Made by a program: the position numbers and the translations under genes
Notes under the pieces: model-generated
Databases searched by the model: none
What the model was told of the DNA's origin: nothing
What the model saw: only the letters and a program-made list of their open reading frames with translations
NCBI RefSeq assembly: GCF_009914755.1
Contig: NC_060927.1
Strand: one strand, 5' to 3'
Source of the DNA: the human T2T-CHM13v2.0 reference genome, Homo sapiens
DNA length: 64,000 nt
Part shown: positions 12,951 through 30,610 of the stretch, piece by piece
How positions within the stretch are numbered: the stretch's first letter is position 1
How the letters are laid out: every line of letters begins with the position of its first letter

Positions 12951-15789
12951 CAAAGTACCCCAATATATATTATATACTGTACATGAAATATCAAAGTTCA
13001 CAAACTATATATTATGTACTGTACATAAAATATCAAAGTACCCAAGGTATATATTCTATACTGTACAAAAAATATCAAAGTACCCAAAGCATGTATTATA
13101 TAATGTACATAAAATATGAAAGTACATCAAATATATATTTTATTCTGTACATAAAATATCAAAGTACACCAGATATATATTCTATAGCGTACATAAAATA
13201 TCAAAGTACCCAAACTATACATTATATACTGTACATAAAATATGAAATTACATCAAATATATATTATATTAGGTACATAAAATATGAAAGTACATCAAAT
13301 ATAGATTATATACTGTAAATATAGTATCAATGTACCCCAAATATATATTTTATACTCTACATGAAATATCAAAGTTCACAAACCATATATTATATACTGT
13401 ACATAAAATATCAAAGTACCCAAGGTATATATTCTATACTGTACAAAAAATATCAAAGTATCCAAAGCATGTATTATATACTGTATATAAAATATGAAAG
13501 TACATCAAATATATATTTTATTCTGTACATAAAATATCAAAGTACACCAGATATATATTCTATAGCGTACATAAAATATCAAAGTACACAAACTATACAT
13601 TATATACTGTACATAAAATATGAAATTACATCAAATATATATTATATTAGGTACATAAAATATGAAAGTACATCAAATATAGATTATATACTGTAAATAT
13701 AATATCAATGTACCCCAAATATATATTTTATACTCTACATGAAATATCAAAGTTCACAAACCATATATTATACACTGTACATAAAATATCAAAGTACACC
13801 AGATATATATTCTATAGTGTACATAAAATATCAAAGTACCCAAACTATACATTATATACTGTACATAAAATATGAAATTACATCAAATATATATTATATT
13901 AGGTACATGAAATATGAAAGTACATCAAATATAGATTATATACTGTACATAAAATATGAAAGTACCCCAAATATATATTATATACTCTACATGAAATATC
14001 AAAGTTCACAAACTATATATTATATACTGTACATAAAATATCAAAGTACCCAAGGTATATATTCTATACTGTACAAAAAATATCAAAGTATCCAAAGCAT
14101 GTATTATATACTGTATATAAAATATGAAAGTACATCAAATATATATTTTATTCTGTACATAAAATATCAAAGTACACCAGATATATATTCTATAGTGTAT
14201 ATAAAATATCAAAGTACCCAAACTATACATTATATACTGTACATAAAATATGAAATTACAGCAAATATATATTATATTAGGTACATAAAATATGAAAGTA
14301 CATCAAATATAGATTATATACTCTACATTAAATACCAAAGTACCCCAAATATATATTTTATACTGTACATGAAATATCAAAGTTCACAAACTATATATTA
14401 TATACTGTACATAAAATATCAATGTACACAAGGTATATATTCTATACTGCACAAAAAATATCAAAGTACCCAAAGCATGTATTATATACTGTATATAAAA
14501 TATGAAAGTACATCAAATATATATTTTATTCTGTACATAAAATATCAAAGTACACCAGATATATATTCTATAGTGTACATAAAATATCAAAGTACCCAAA
14601 CTATACATTATATACTGTACATAAAATATGAAATTACATCAAATATATATTATATTAGGTACATAAAATACGAAAGTACATCAAATATAGATTATATACT
14701 GTACATAAAATATGAAAGTACCCCAATATATATTATATACTCTACATGAAATATCAAAGTTCACAAACTATATATTATGTACTGTACATAAAATATCAAA
14801 CTAACCAAGGTATATATTCTATACTGTACAAAAAATATCAAAGTACCCAAAGCATGTATTATATAATGTACATAAAATATGAAAGTACATCAAATATATA
14901 TTTTATTCTGTACATAAAATATCAAAGAACACCAGATATATATTCTATAGTGTACATAAAATATCAAAGTACCCAAACTATACATTATATACTGTACATA
15001 AAATATGAAATTACATCATATATATATTAGGTACATAAAATATGAAAGTACATCAAATATATACTTTATTCTGTACATAAAATATCAAAGTACACCAGAT
15101 ATATATTCTATAGTGTACATAAAATAACAAAGTACACAAACTATAAAATATATACTGTACATAAAATATGAAATTACATCAAATATATATTAGGTACATA
15201 AAATATGAAAGTACATCAAATATAGATTATATACTGTACATATAATATCAATGTACCCGAAATATATATTTTATACTCTACATGAAATATCAAAGTTCAC
15301 AAACCATATATTGTATACTGCACATAAAATATCAAAATACACAAGGTATATATTCTATACTGTACAAAAAATATCAAAGTACCCAAAGCAGGTATTATAT
15401 ACTGTATATAAAATATGAAAGTACATCAAATATATATTTTATTCTGTACATAAAATATCAAAGTACACCAGATATATATTCTATAGTGTACATAAAATAT
15501 CAAGGTACCCAAACTATATATTATATACTGTACATAAAATATGAAATTACAGCAAATATATATTATATTAGGTACATAAAATATGAAAGTACATCAAATA
15601 TAGATTATATACTGTACATTAAATACCAAAGTACCCCAAATATATATTTTATACTGTACATGAAATATCAAAGTTCACAAACTATATATTATATACTGTA
15701 CATAAAATATCAATGTACCCAAGGTATATATTCTATACTGCACAAAAAATATCAAAGTACCCAAAGCATGTATTATATACTGTATATAA

Positions 15790-18700
15790 AATATGAAAGT
15801 ACATCAAATATATATTTTATTCTGTACATAAAATATCAAAGTACACCAGATATATATTCTATAGTGTACATAAAATATCAAAGTACCCAAACTATACATT
15901 ATATACTGTACATAAATATGAAATTACATCAAATATATATTATGTTAGGTACATAAAATATGAAAGTACATGAAGTATAGATTATATACTGTAGATAAAA
16001 TATCAAAGTACCCCAAATTTATATTATATACTATACATGAAATATCAAAGTTCACAAACTATATATTATATACTGTACATAAAATATCAAAGTACCCAAG
16101 GTATATATTCTATAGTGTACAAAAAATATCAAAGTACCCAAAGCATGTATTATATACCGTACATAAAATATAAAATTACATCAAATATATATTTTATTCT
16201 GTACATAAAATATCAAAGTACACCAGATATATATACTATAGTGTACATAAAATACCAAAGTACCCAAACTATACATTATACACTGTACATAAAATATGAA
16301 ATTACATCAAATATATATTAGGTACATAAAATATGAAAGTACATCAAATATAGATTATATACTGTAAATATAATATCAATGTACCCCAAATATATATTTT
16401 ATACTCTACATGAAATATCAAAGTTCACAAACCATATATTATATACTGCACATAAAATATCAAAGTACCCAAGGTATATATTCTATACTGAACAAAAAAT
16501 ATCAAAGTACCCAAAGCATGTATTATATACTGTACATAAAATATGAAAGTACATCAAATATATATTTTATTCTGTACATAAAATATCAAAGTACACCAGA
16601 TATATATTCTATAGTGTACATAAAATATCAAAGTACCCAAACTATACATTATATACTGTACATAAAATATGAAATTACATCAAATATATATTATATTAGG
16701 TACATGAAATATGAAAGTACATCAAATATAGATTATATACTGTACATAAAATATGAAAGTACCCCAAATATATATTATATACTCTACATGAAATATCAAA
16801 GTTCACAAACTATATATTATATACTGTACATAAAATATCAAAGTACCCAAGGTATATATTCTATACTGTACAAAAAATATCAAAGTATCCAAAGCATGTA
16901 TTATATACTGTATATAAAATATGAAAGTACATCAAATATATATTTTATTCTGTACATAAAATATCAAAGTACACCAGATATATATTCTATAGTGTACATA
17001 AAATATCAAAGTACCCAAACTATACATTATATACTGTATATAAAATATGAAATTACACCAAATATATATTATATTAGGTACATAAAATATGAAAGTACAT
17101 CAAATATAGATTATATACTGTACATTAAATACCAAAGTACCCCAAATATATATTTTATACTGTACATGAAATATCAAAGTTCACAAACTATATATTATAT
17201 ACTGTACATAAAATATCAATGTACCCAAGGTATATATTCTATACTGCACAAAAAATATCAAAGTACCCAAAGCATGTATTATATACTGTATATAAAATAT
17301 GAAAGTACATCAAATATATATTTTATTCTGTACATAAAATATCAAAGTACACCAGATATATATTCTATAGTGTACATAAAATAACAAAGTACACAAACTA
17401 TAAATTATATCCTGTACATAAAATATGAAATTACATCAAATATATATTAGGTACATAAAATATGAAAGTACATCAAATATAGATTATATACTGTACATTA
17501 AGTACCAAAGTACACCAAATATATATTTTATACTCTACATGAAATATCAAAGTTCACAAACCATATATTATATACTGTGCATAAAATATCAAAGTACCCA
17601 AGGTATATATTCTATACTGTACAAAAAATATCAAAGTACCCAAAGCATGTATTATATACTATACATAAAATATGAAATTACATCAAATATATATTTTATT
17701 CTGTACATAAAATATCAAAGTACACCAGATATATATTCTATAGTGTACATAAAATATCAAAATACCCAAACTATACATTATATACTGTACATAAAATATG
17801 AGATTACATCAAATATATATTATATTAGGTACATAAAATATGAAAGTACATCAAATATAGATTATATACTGTACATAAAATATCAAAGTACCCCGAATAT
17901 ATATTATATACTCCACATGAAATATCAAAGTTCACAAACTATATATTATATACTGTACATAAAATATCAAAGTACCCAAGGTATATATTCTATACTGTAC
18001 AAAAAATATCAAAGTACCCAAAGCATGTATTATATACTGTATATAAAATAAGAAAGTACATTAAATATATATTTTATTCTTTACATAAAATATCAAAGTA
18101 CACCAGATATATATTCTATAGTGTACATAAAATAACAAAGTACACAAACTATAAATTATATACTGTACATAAAATATGAAATTACATCAAATATATATTA
18201 GGTACATAAAATATGAAAGTACATCAAATATAGATTATATACTGAACATATAATATCAATGTACCCCAAATATATATTTGATACTCTACATGAAATATCA
18301 AAGTTCAGAAACCATACATTATATACTGTACATAAAATATCAAAGTACCCAAAGTATATATTCTATACTGTACAAAAAATATCAAAGTACCCAAAGCATG
18401 TATTATATACTGTACATAATATATGAAAGTACATCAAATATATATTTTATTCTGTACATAAAATATCAAAGTATAGGAAATATATATTCTATAGTGTACA
18501 TAAAATATCAAAGTACCCAAACTATACATTATATACTGTACATAAAATATGAAATTACATCAAATATATATTAGGTACATAAAATATGAAAGTACATCAA
18601 ATATAGATTATATACTGTACATAAAATATCAAAGTACCCCAAATATATATTATATACTCTACATGAAATATCAAAGTTCACAAACTATATATTATATACT

Positions 18701-21700
18701 GTACATAAAATATCAAAGTACCCAAGGTATATATTCTATACTGTACAAAAAATATCAAGGTACCCAAAGCATGTATTATATAATGTACATAAAATATGAA
18801 AGTACATCAAATATATATTTTATTCTGTACATAAAATATCAAAGTACACCAGATATATATTCTATAGTGTACATAAAATAACAAAGTACCCAAACTATAC
18901 ATTATATACTGTACATAAAATATGAAATTACATCAAATATATATTAGGTACATAAAATATGAAAGAACATCAAACATAGATTATATACTGTACAAAAAAT
19001 ATCAAAGTACCCCAAATATATATTATATACTCTACATGAAATATCAAATTTCACAAACTATATATTATATACTGTACATAAAATATCAAAGTACCCAAGG
19101 TATATATTCTATACTGTACAAAAAATATCAAAGTACCCAAAGCATGTATTATATACTGTACATAAAATATGAAATTACATCAAATATATATTTTATTCTG
19201 TACATAAAATATCAAAGTACACCAGATATATATTCTATAGTGTACATAAAATATCAAAGTACCCAAACTATACATTATATACTGTACATAAAATGTGAAA
19301 TTACATCAAATATATATTATATTAGGTACATAAAATATGAAAGTACATCAAATATAGATTATATACTGTACATTAAATACCAATATACCCCAAATATATA
19401 TTTTATACTGTACATGAAATATCAAAGTTCACACACTATATATTATATACTGTACATAAAATATCAAAGTACCCAAGGTATATATTCTATACTGTACAAA
19501 AAACATCAAAGTACCCAAAGCATGTATTATATACTGTACATAAAATATGAAAGTACATCAAATATATATTTTATTCTGTACATAAAATATCAAAGTACAC
19601 CAGATATATATTCTATAGTGTACATAAAATATCAAAGTACCCAAACTATACATTATATACTGTACATAAATATGAAATTACATCAAATATATATTATGTT
19701 AGGTACATAAAATATGAAAGTACATGAAGTATAGATTATATACTGTAGATAAAATATCAAAGTACCCCAAATTTATATTATATACTATACATGAAATATC
19801 AAAGTTCACAAACTATATATTATATACTGTACATAAAATATCAAAGTACCCAAGGTATATATTCTATAGTGTACAAAAAATATCAAAGTACCCAAAGCAT
19901 GTATTATATACCGTACATAAAATATAAAATTACATCAAATATATATTTTATTCTGTACATAAAATATCAAAGTACACCAGATATATATACTATAGTGTAC
20001 ATAAAATACCAAAGTACCCAAACTATACATTATACACTGTACATAAAATATGAAATTACATCAAATATATATTAGGTACATAAAATATGAAAGTACATCA
20101 AATATAGATTATATACTGTAAATATAATATCAATGTACCCCAAATATATATTTTATACTCTACATGAAATATCAAAGTTCACAAACCATATATTATATAC
20201 TGCACATAAAATATCAAAGTACCCAAGGTATATATTCTATACTGAACAAAAAATATCAAAGTACCCAAAGCATGTATTATATACTGTACATAAAATATGA
20301 AAGTACATCAAATATATATTTTATTCTGTACATAAAATATCAAAGTACACCAGATATATATTCTATAGTGTACATAAAATATCAAAGTACCCAAACTATA
20401 CATTATATACTGTACATAAAATATGAAATTACATCAAATATATATTATATTAGGTACATGAAATATGAAAGTACATCAAATATAGATTATATACTGTACA
20501 TAAAATATGAAAGTACCCCAAATATATATTATATACTCTACATGAAATATCAAAGTTCACAAACTATATATTATATACTGTACATAAAATATCAAAGTAC
20601 CCAAGGTATATATTCTATACTGTACAAAAAATATCAAAGTATCCAAAGCATGTATTATATACTGTATATAAAATATGAAAGTACATCAAATATATATTTT
20701 ATTCTGTACATAAAATATCAAAGTACACCAGATATATATTCTATAGTGTACATAAAATATCAAAGTACCCAAACTATACATTATATACTGTATATAAAAT
20801 ATGAAATTACACCAAATATATATTATATTAGGTACATAAAATATGAAAGTACATCAAATATAGATTATATACTGTACATTAAATACCAAAGTACCCCAAA
20901 TATATATTTTATACTGTACATGAAATATCAAAGTTCACAAACTATATATTATATACTGTACATAAAATATCAATGTACCCAAGGTATATATTCTATACTG
21001 CACAAAAAATATCAAAGTACCCAAAGCATGTATTATATACTGTATATAAAATATGAAAGTACATCAAATATATATTTTATTCTGTACATAAAATATCAAA
21101 GTACACCAGATATATATTCTATAGTGTACATAAAATAACAAAGTACACAAACTATAAATTATATCCTGTACATAAAATATGAAATTACATCAAATATATA
21201 TTAGGTACATAAAATATGAAAGTACATCAAATATAGATTATATACTGTACATTAAGTACCAAAGTACACCAAATATATATTTTATACTCTACATGAAATA
21301 TCAAAGTTCACAAACCATATATTATATACTGTGCATAAAATATCAAAGTACCCAAGGTATATATTCTATACTGTACAAAAAATATCAAAGTACCCAAAGC
21401 ATGTATTATATACTATACATAAAATATGAAATTACATCAAATATATATTTTATTCTGTACATAAAATATCAAAGTACACCAGATATATATTCTATAGTGT
21501 ACATAAAATATCAAAATACCCAAACTATACATTATATACTGTACATAAAATATGAGATTACATCAAATATATATTATATTAGGTACATAAAATATGAAAG
21601 TACATCAAATATAGATTATATACTGTACATAAAATATCAAAGTACCCCGAATATATATTATATACTCCACATGAAATATCAAAGTTCACAAACTATATAT

Positions 21701-23420
21701 TATATACTGTACATAAAATATCAAAGTACCCAAGGTATATATTCTATACTGTACAAAAAATATCAAAGTACCCAAAGCATGTATTATATACTGTATATAA
21801 AATAAGAAAGTACATTAAATATATATTTTATTCTTTACATAAAATATCAAAGTACACCAGATATATATTCTATAGTGTACATAAAATAACAAAGTACACA
21901 AACTATAAATTATATACTGTACATAAAATATGAAATTACATCAAATATATATTAGGTACATAAAATATGAAAGTACATCAAATATAGATTATATACTGAA
22001 CATATAATATCAATGTACCCCAAATATATATTTGATACTCTACATGAAATATCAAAGTTCAGAAACCATACATTATATACTGTACATAAAATATCAAAGT
22101 ACCCAAAGTATATATTCTATACTGTACAAAAAATATCAAAGTACCCAAAGCATGTATTATATACTGTACATAATATATGAAAGTACATCAAATATATATT
22201 TTATTCTGTACATAAAATATCAAAGTATAGGAAATATATATTCTATAGTGTACATAAAATATCAAAGTACCCAAACTATACATTATATACTGTACATAAA
22301 ATATGAAATTACATCAAATATATATTAGGTACATAAAATATGAAAGTACATCAAATATAGATTATATACTGTACATAAAATATCAAAGTACCCCAAATAT
22401 ATATTATATACTCTACATGAAATATCAAAGTTCACAAACTATATATTATATACTGTACATAAAATATCAAAGTACCCAAGGTATATATTCTATACTGTAC
22501 AAAAAATATCAAGGTACCCAAAGCATGTATTATATAATGTACATAAAATATGAAAGTACATCAAATATATATTTTATTCTGTACATAAAATATCAAAGTA
22601 CACCAGATATATATTCTATAGTGTACATAAAATAACAAAGTACCCAAACTATACATTATATACTGTACATAAAATATGAAATTACATCAAATATATATTA
22701 GGTACATAAAATATGAAAGAACATCAAACATAGATTATATACTGTACAAAAAATATCAAAGTACCCCAAATATATATTATATACTCTACATGAAATATCA
22801 AATTTCACAAACTATATATTATATACTGTACATAAAATATCAAAGTACCCAAGGTATATATTCTATACTGTACAAAAAATATCAAAGTACCCAAAGCATG
22901 TATTATATACTGTACATAAAATATGAAATTACATCAAATATATATTTTATTCTGTACATAAAATATCAAAGTACACCAGATATATATTCTATAGTGTACA
23001 TAAAATATCAAAGTACCCAAACTATACATTATATACTGTACATAAAATGTGAAATTACATCAAATATATATTATATTAGGTACATAAAATATGAAAGTAC
23101 ATCAAATATAGATTATATACTGTACATTAAATACCAATATACCCCAAATATATATTTTATACTGTACATGAAATATCAAAGTTCACACACTATATATTAT
23201 ATACTGTACATAAAATATCAAAGTACCCAAGGTATATATTCTATACTGTACAAAAAACATCAAAGTACCCAAAGCATGTATTATATACTGTACATAAAAT
23301 ATGAAAGTACATCAAATATATATTTTATTCTGTACATAAAATATCAAAGTACACCAGATATATATTCTATAGTGTACATAAAATATCAAAGTACCCAAAC
23401 TATACATTATATACTGTACA
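15790..23420 (+). repeat. Tandem duplication with a 3,754-bp period (10 higher-order units), 2 copies
   Basis: Constant landmark offset: 15970/19724, 16410/20164, 17425/21179, 18278/22032, 18549/22303, 18922/22676. Unit lengths 5x373 + 4x378 + 377 = 3,754. Private variants are shared (gtataggaaa, aagttcagaa, atttgatact). Confidence 0.93.
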
Positions 23421-24064
23421 TAAAATATGAAATTACATCAAATATATATTATATTAGGTACATAAAATAAGAAAGTACATCAAATATAGATTATATACTG
23501 TACATAAAATATCAAAGTACCCCAAATATATATTATATACTCTACATGAAATATCAAAGTTCACAAACTATATATTATATACTGTACATAAAATATCAAA
23601 GTACCCAAGGTATATATTCTATACTGTACAAAAAATATCAAAGTATCCAAAGCATGTTTTATATACTGTATATAAAATATGAAAGTACATTAAAGATATA
23701 TTGTATTCTGTACATAAAATATCAAAATACACCAGATATATATTCTATAGTGTACATAAAATATCAAAGTACCCAAACTATACATTATATACTGTACATA
23801 AAATATGAAATTACATCAAATATATATTAGGTACATAAAATATGAAAGTACATCAAATATAGATTATATACTGTACATATAATATCAATGTACCCCAAAT
23901 ATATATTTTATACTCTACATGAAATATCAAAGTTCACAAACCATACATTATATACTGTACATAAAATATGAAAGTACCCAAGTTATATATTCTATACTGT
24001 ACAAAAGATATCAAAGTACCCAAAGCATGTATTATATACTGTACATAAAATATGAAAGTATATC

Positions 24065-27000
24065 AAATATATATTTTATTCTGTACATAAAATATCAAAG
24101 TACACCAGATATATATTCTATAGTGTACATAAAATATCAAAGTACCCAAACTATACATTATATACTGTACATAAAATATGAAATTACATCAAATATATAT
24201 TATATTAGGTACATAAAATACGAAAGTACATCAAATATAGATTATATACTGTACATAAAATATGAAAGTACCCCAATATATATTATATACTCTACATGAA
24301 ATATCAAAGTTCACAAACTATATATTATGTACTGTACATAAAATATCAAACTACCCAAGGTATATATTCTATACTGTACAAAAAATATCAAAGTACCCAA
24401 AGCACGTATTATATAATGTACATAAAATATGAAAGTACATCAAATATATATTTTATTCTGTACATAAAATATCAAAGAACACCAGATATATATTCTATAG
24501 TGTACATAAAATATCAAAGTACCCAAACTATACATTATATACTGTACATAAAATATGAAATTACATCAAATATATATTATATTAGGTACATAAAATATGA
24601 AAGTACATCAAATATAGATTATATACTGTAAATATAATATCAATGTACCCCAAATATATATTTTATACTCTACATGAAATATCAAAGTTCACAAACCATA
24701 TATTATATACTGTACATAAAATATCAAAGTACCCAAGGTATATATTCTATACTGTACAAAAAATATCAAAGTACCCAAAGCATGTATTATATACTATACC
24801 TAAAATATGAAAGTACATCAAATATATATTTTATTCTGTACATAAAATATCAAAGTACACCAGATATATATTCTACAGTGTACATAAAATATCAAAGTAC
24901 CCAAACTATACATTATATACTGTACATAAAATATGAAATTACATCAAATATATATTATATTAGGTACATAAAATACGAAAGTACATCAAATATAGATTAT
25001 ATACTGTACATAAAATATCAAAGTACCCCAATATGTATTATATACTGTACATGAAATATCAAAGTTCACAAACTATATATTATGTACTGTACATAAAATA
25101 TCAAAGTACCCAAGGCATATATTCTATACTGTACAAAAAATATCAAAGTACCCAAAGCATGTATTATATAATGTACATAAAATATGAAAGTACATCAAAT
25201 ATATATTTTATTCTGTACATAAAATATCAAAGTACACCAGATATATATTCTATAGCGTACATAAAATATCAAAGTACACAAACTATACATTATATACTGT
25301 ACATAAAATATGAAATTACATCAAATATATATTATATTAGGTACATAAAATACGAAAGTACATCAAATATAGATTATATACTGTACATAAAATATCAAAG
25401 TACCCCAATATATATTATATACTGTACATCAAATATCAAAGTTCACAAACTATATATTATGTACTGTACATAAAATATCAAAGTACCCAAGGTATATATT
25501 CTATACTGTACAAAAAATATCAAAGTACCCAAAGCATGTATTATATAATGTACATAAAATATGAAAGTACATCAAATATATATTTTATTCTGTACATAAA
25601 ATATCAAAGAACACCAGATATATATTCTATAGTGTACATAAAATATCAAAGTACCCAAACTATACATTATATACTGTACATAAAATATGAAATTACATCA
25701 TATATATATTAGGTACATAAAATATGAAAGTACATCAAATATATATTTTATTCTGTACATAAAATATCAAAGTACACCAGATATATATTCTATAGTGTAC
25801 ATAAAATAACAAAGTACACAAACTATAAATTATATACTGTACATAAAATATGAAATTACATCAAATATATATTAGGTACATAAAATATGAAAGTACATCA
25901 AATATAGATTATATACTGTACATATAATATCAATGTACCCGAAATATATATTTTATACTCTACATGAAATATCAAAGTTCACAAACCATATATTGTATAC
26001 TGCACATAAAATATCAAAATACCCAAGGTATATATTCTATACTGTACAAAAAATATCAAAGTACCCAAAGCAGGTATTATATACTGTACATAAAATATGA
26101 AAGTACATCAAATATATATTTTATTCTGTACATAAAATATCAAAGTACACCAGATATATATTCTATAGCGTACATAAAATATCAAAGTACACAAACTATA
26201 CATTATATACTGTACATAAAATATGAAATTACATCAAATATATATTATATTAGGTACATAAAATATGAAAGTACATCAAATATAGATTATATACTGTAAA
26301 TATAATATCAATGTACTCCAAATATATATTTTATACTCTACATGAAATATCAAAGTTCACAAACCATATATTATATACTGTACATAAAATATCAAAGTAC
26401 CCAAGGTATATATTCTATACTGTACAAAAAATATCAAAGTACCCAAAGCATGTATTATATACTGTACATAAAATATGAAAGTACATCAAATATATATTTT
26501 ATTCTGTACATAAAATATCAAAGTACACCAGATATATATTCTATAGTGTACATAAAATATCAAAGTACCCAAACTATACATTATATACTGTACATAAAAT
26601 ATGAAATTACATCAAATATATATTATATTAGGTAAATGAAATATGAAAGTACATCAAATATAGATTATATACTGTACATAAAATATGAAAGTACCCCAAA
26701 TATATATTATATACTCTACATGAAATATCAAAGTTCACAAACTATATATTATATACTGTCCATAAAATATCAAAGTACCCAAGGTATATATTTTATACTG
26801 TACAAAAAATATCAAAGTACCCAAAGCATGTATTATATACTATACCTAAAATATGAAAGTACATCAAATATATATTTTATTCTGTACATAAAATATCAAA
26901 GTACACCAGATATATATTCTACAGTGTATATAAAATATCAAAGTACCCAAACTATACATTATATACTGTACATAAAATATGAAATTACATCAAATATATA

Positions 27001-30000
27001 TTATATTAGGTACATAAAATATGAAAGTACATGAAGTATAGATTATATACTGTAGATAAAATATCAAAGTACCCCAAATTTATATTATATACTATACATG
27101 AAATATCAAAGTTCACAAACTATATATTATATACTGTACATAAAATATCAAAGTACCCAAGGTATATATTCTATAGTGTACAAAAAATATCAAAGTACCC
27201 AAAGCATGTATTATATACCGTACGTAAAATATAAAATTACATCAAATATATATTTTATTCTGTACATAAAATATCAAAGTACACCAGATATATATACTAT
27301 AGTGTACATAAAATATCAAAGTACCCAAACTATACATTATACACTGCACATAAAATATGAAATTACATCAAATATATATTAGGTACATAAAATATGAAAG
27401 TACATCAAATATAGATTATATACTGTAAATATAATATCAATGTACCCCAAATATATATTTTATACTCTACATGAAATATCAAAGTTCACAAACCATATAT
27501 TATATACTGTACATAAAATATCAAAGTACCCAAGGTATATATTCTATACTGTACAAAAAATATCAAAGTACCCAAAGCATGTATTATATACTGTACATAA
27601 AATATGAAAGTACATCAAATATATATTTTATTCTGTACATAAAATATCAAAGTACACCAGATATATATTCTATAGTGTACATAAAATATCAAAGTACCCA
27701 AACTATACATTATATACTGTACATAAAATATGAAATTACATCAAATATATATTATATTAGGTACATGAAATTTGAAAGTACATCAAATATAGATTATATA
27801 CTGTACATAAAATATGAAAGTACCCCAAATATATATTATATACTCTACATGAAATATCAAAGTTCACAAACTATATATTATATACTGTACATAAAATATC
27901 AAAGTACCCAAGGTATATATTCTATACTGTACAAAAAATATCAAAGTATCCAAAGCATGTATTATATACTGTATATAAAATATGAAAGTACATCAAATAT
28001 ATATTTTATTCTGTACATAAAATATCAAAGTACACCAGATATATATTCTATAGTGTACATAAAATATCAAAGTACCCAAACTATACATTATATACTGTAC
28101 ATAAAATATGAAATTACATCAAATATATATTATATTAGGTACATAAAATACGAAAGTACATCAAATATAGATTATATACTGTACATAAAATATGAAAGTA
28201 CCCCAATATATATTATATACTCTACATGAAATATCAAAGTTCACAAACTATATATTATGTACTGTACATAAAATATCAAACTACCCAAGGTATGTATTCT
28301 ATACTGTACAAAAAATATCAAAGTACCCAAAGCATGTATTATATAATGTACATAAAATATGAAAGTACATCAAATATATATTTTATTCTGTACATAAAAT
28401 ATCAAAGAACACCAGATATATATTCTATAGTGTACATAAAATATCAAAGTACCCAAACTATACATTATATACTGTACATAAAATATGAAATTACATCATA
28501 TATATATTAGGTACATAAAATATGAAAGTACATCAAATATATATTTTATTCTGTACATAAAATATCAAAGTACACCAGATATATATTCTATAGTGTACAT
28601 AAAATAACAAAGTACACAAACTATAAAATATATACTGTACATAAAATATGAAATTACATCAAATATATATTAGGTACATAAAATATGAAAGTACATCAAA
28701 TATAGATTATATACTGTACATATAATATCAATGTACCTGAAATATATATTTTATACTCTACATGAAATATCAAAGTTCACAAACCATATATTGTATACTG
28801 CACATAAAATATCAAAATACACAAGGTATATATTCTATACTGTACAAAAAATATCAAAGTACCCAAAGCAGGTATTATATACTGTATATAAAATATGAAA
28901 GTACATCAAATATATATTTTATTCTGTACATAAAATATCAAAGTACACCAGATATATATTCTGTAGTGTACATAAAATATCAAGGTACCCAAACTATATA
29001 TTATATACTGTACATAAAATATGAAATTACAGCAAATATATATTATATTAGGTACATAAAATATGAAAGTACATCAAATATAGATTATATACTGTACATT
29101 AAATACCAAAGTACCCCAAATATATATTTTATACTGTACATGAAATATCAAAGTTCACAAACTATATATTATATACTGTACATAAAATATCAATGTACCC
29201 AAGGTATATATTCTATACTGCACAAAAAATATCAAAGTACCCAAAGCATGTATTATATACTGTATATAAAATATGAAAGTACATCAAATATATATTTTAT
29301 TCTGTACATAAAATATCAAAGTACACCAGATATATATTCTATAGTGTACATAAAATATCAAAGTACCCAAACTATACATTATATACTGTACATAAATATG
29401 AAATTACATCAAATATATATTATGTTAGGTACATAAAATATGAAAGTACATGAAGTATAGATTATATACTGTAGATAAAATATCAAAGTACCCAAATTTA
29501 TATTGTATACTATACATGAAATATCAAAGTTCACAAACTATATATTATATACTGTACATAAAATATCAAAGTACCCAAGGTATATATTCTATAGTGTACA
29601 AAAAATATCAAAGTACCCAAAGCATGTATTATATACCGTACATAAAATATAAAATTACATCAAATATATATTTTATTCTGTACATAAAATATCAAAGTAC
29701 ACCAGATATATATACTATAGTGTACATAAAATATCAAAGTACCCAAACTATACATTATACACTGTACATAAAATATGAAATTACATCAAATATATATTAG
29801 GTACATAAAATATGAAAGTACATCAAATATAGATTATATACTGTAAATATAATATCAATATACCCCAAATATATATTTTATACTCTACATGAAATATCAA
29901 AGTTCACAAACCATATATTATATACTGTACATAAAATATCAAAGTACCCAAGGTATATATTCTATACTGAACAAAAAATATCAAAGTACCCAAAGCATGT

Positions 30001-30610
30001 ATTATATACTGTACATAAAATATGAAAGTACATCAAATATATATTTTATTCTGTACATAAAATATCAAAGTACACCAGATATATATTCTATAGTGTACAT
30101 AAAATATCAAAGTACCCAAACTATACATTATATACTGTACATAAAATATGAAATTACATCAAATATATATTATATTAGGTACATGAAATATGAAAGTACA
30201 TCAAATATAGATTATATACTGTACATAAAATATGAAAGTACCCCAAATATATATTATATACTCTACATGAAATATCAAAGTTCACAAACTATATATTATA
30301 TACTGTACATAAAATATCAAAGTACCCAAGGTATATATTCTATACTGTACAAAAAATATCAAAGTATCCAAAGCATGTATTATATACTGTATATAAAATA
30401 TGAAAGTACATCAAATATATATTTTATTCTGTACATAAAATATCAAAGTACACCAGATATATATTCTATAGTGTACATAAAATATCAAAGTACCCAAACT
30501 ATACATTATATACTGTACATAAAATATGAAATTACAGCAAATATATATTATATTAGGTACATAAAATATGAAAGTACATCAAATATAGATTATATACTGT
30601 ACATTAAATA
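24065..30610 (+). repeat. Dispersed copy of about 8,440-17,130 lacking about 2,141 bp internally
   Basis: Offset of 15,621 (8675/24296, 9053/24674, 10343/25964, 11410/27031, 11850/27471), then 13,480-13,479 (14746/28226, 15282/28762, 15970/29450, 16410/29889). Confidence 0.85.
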
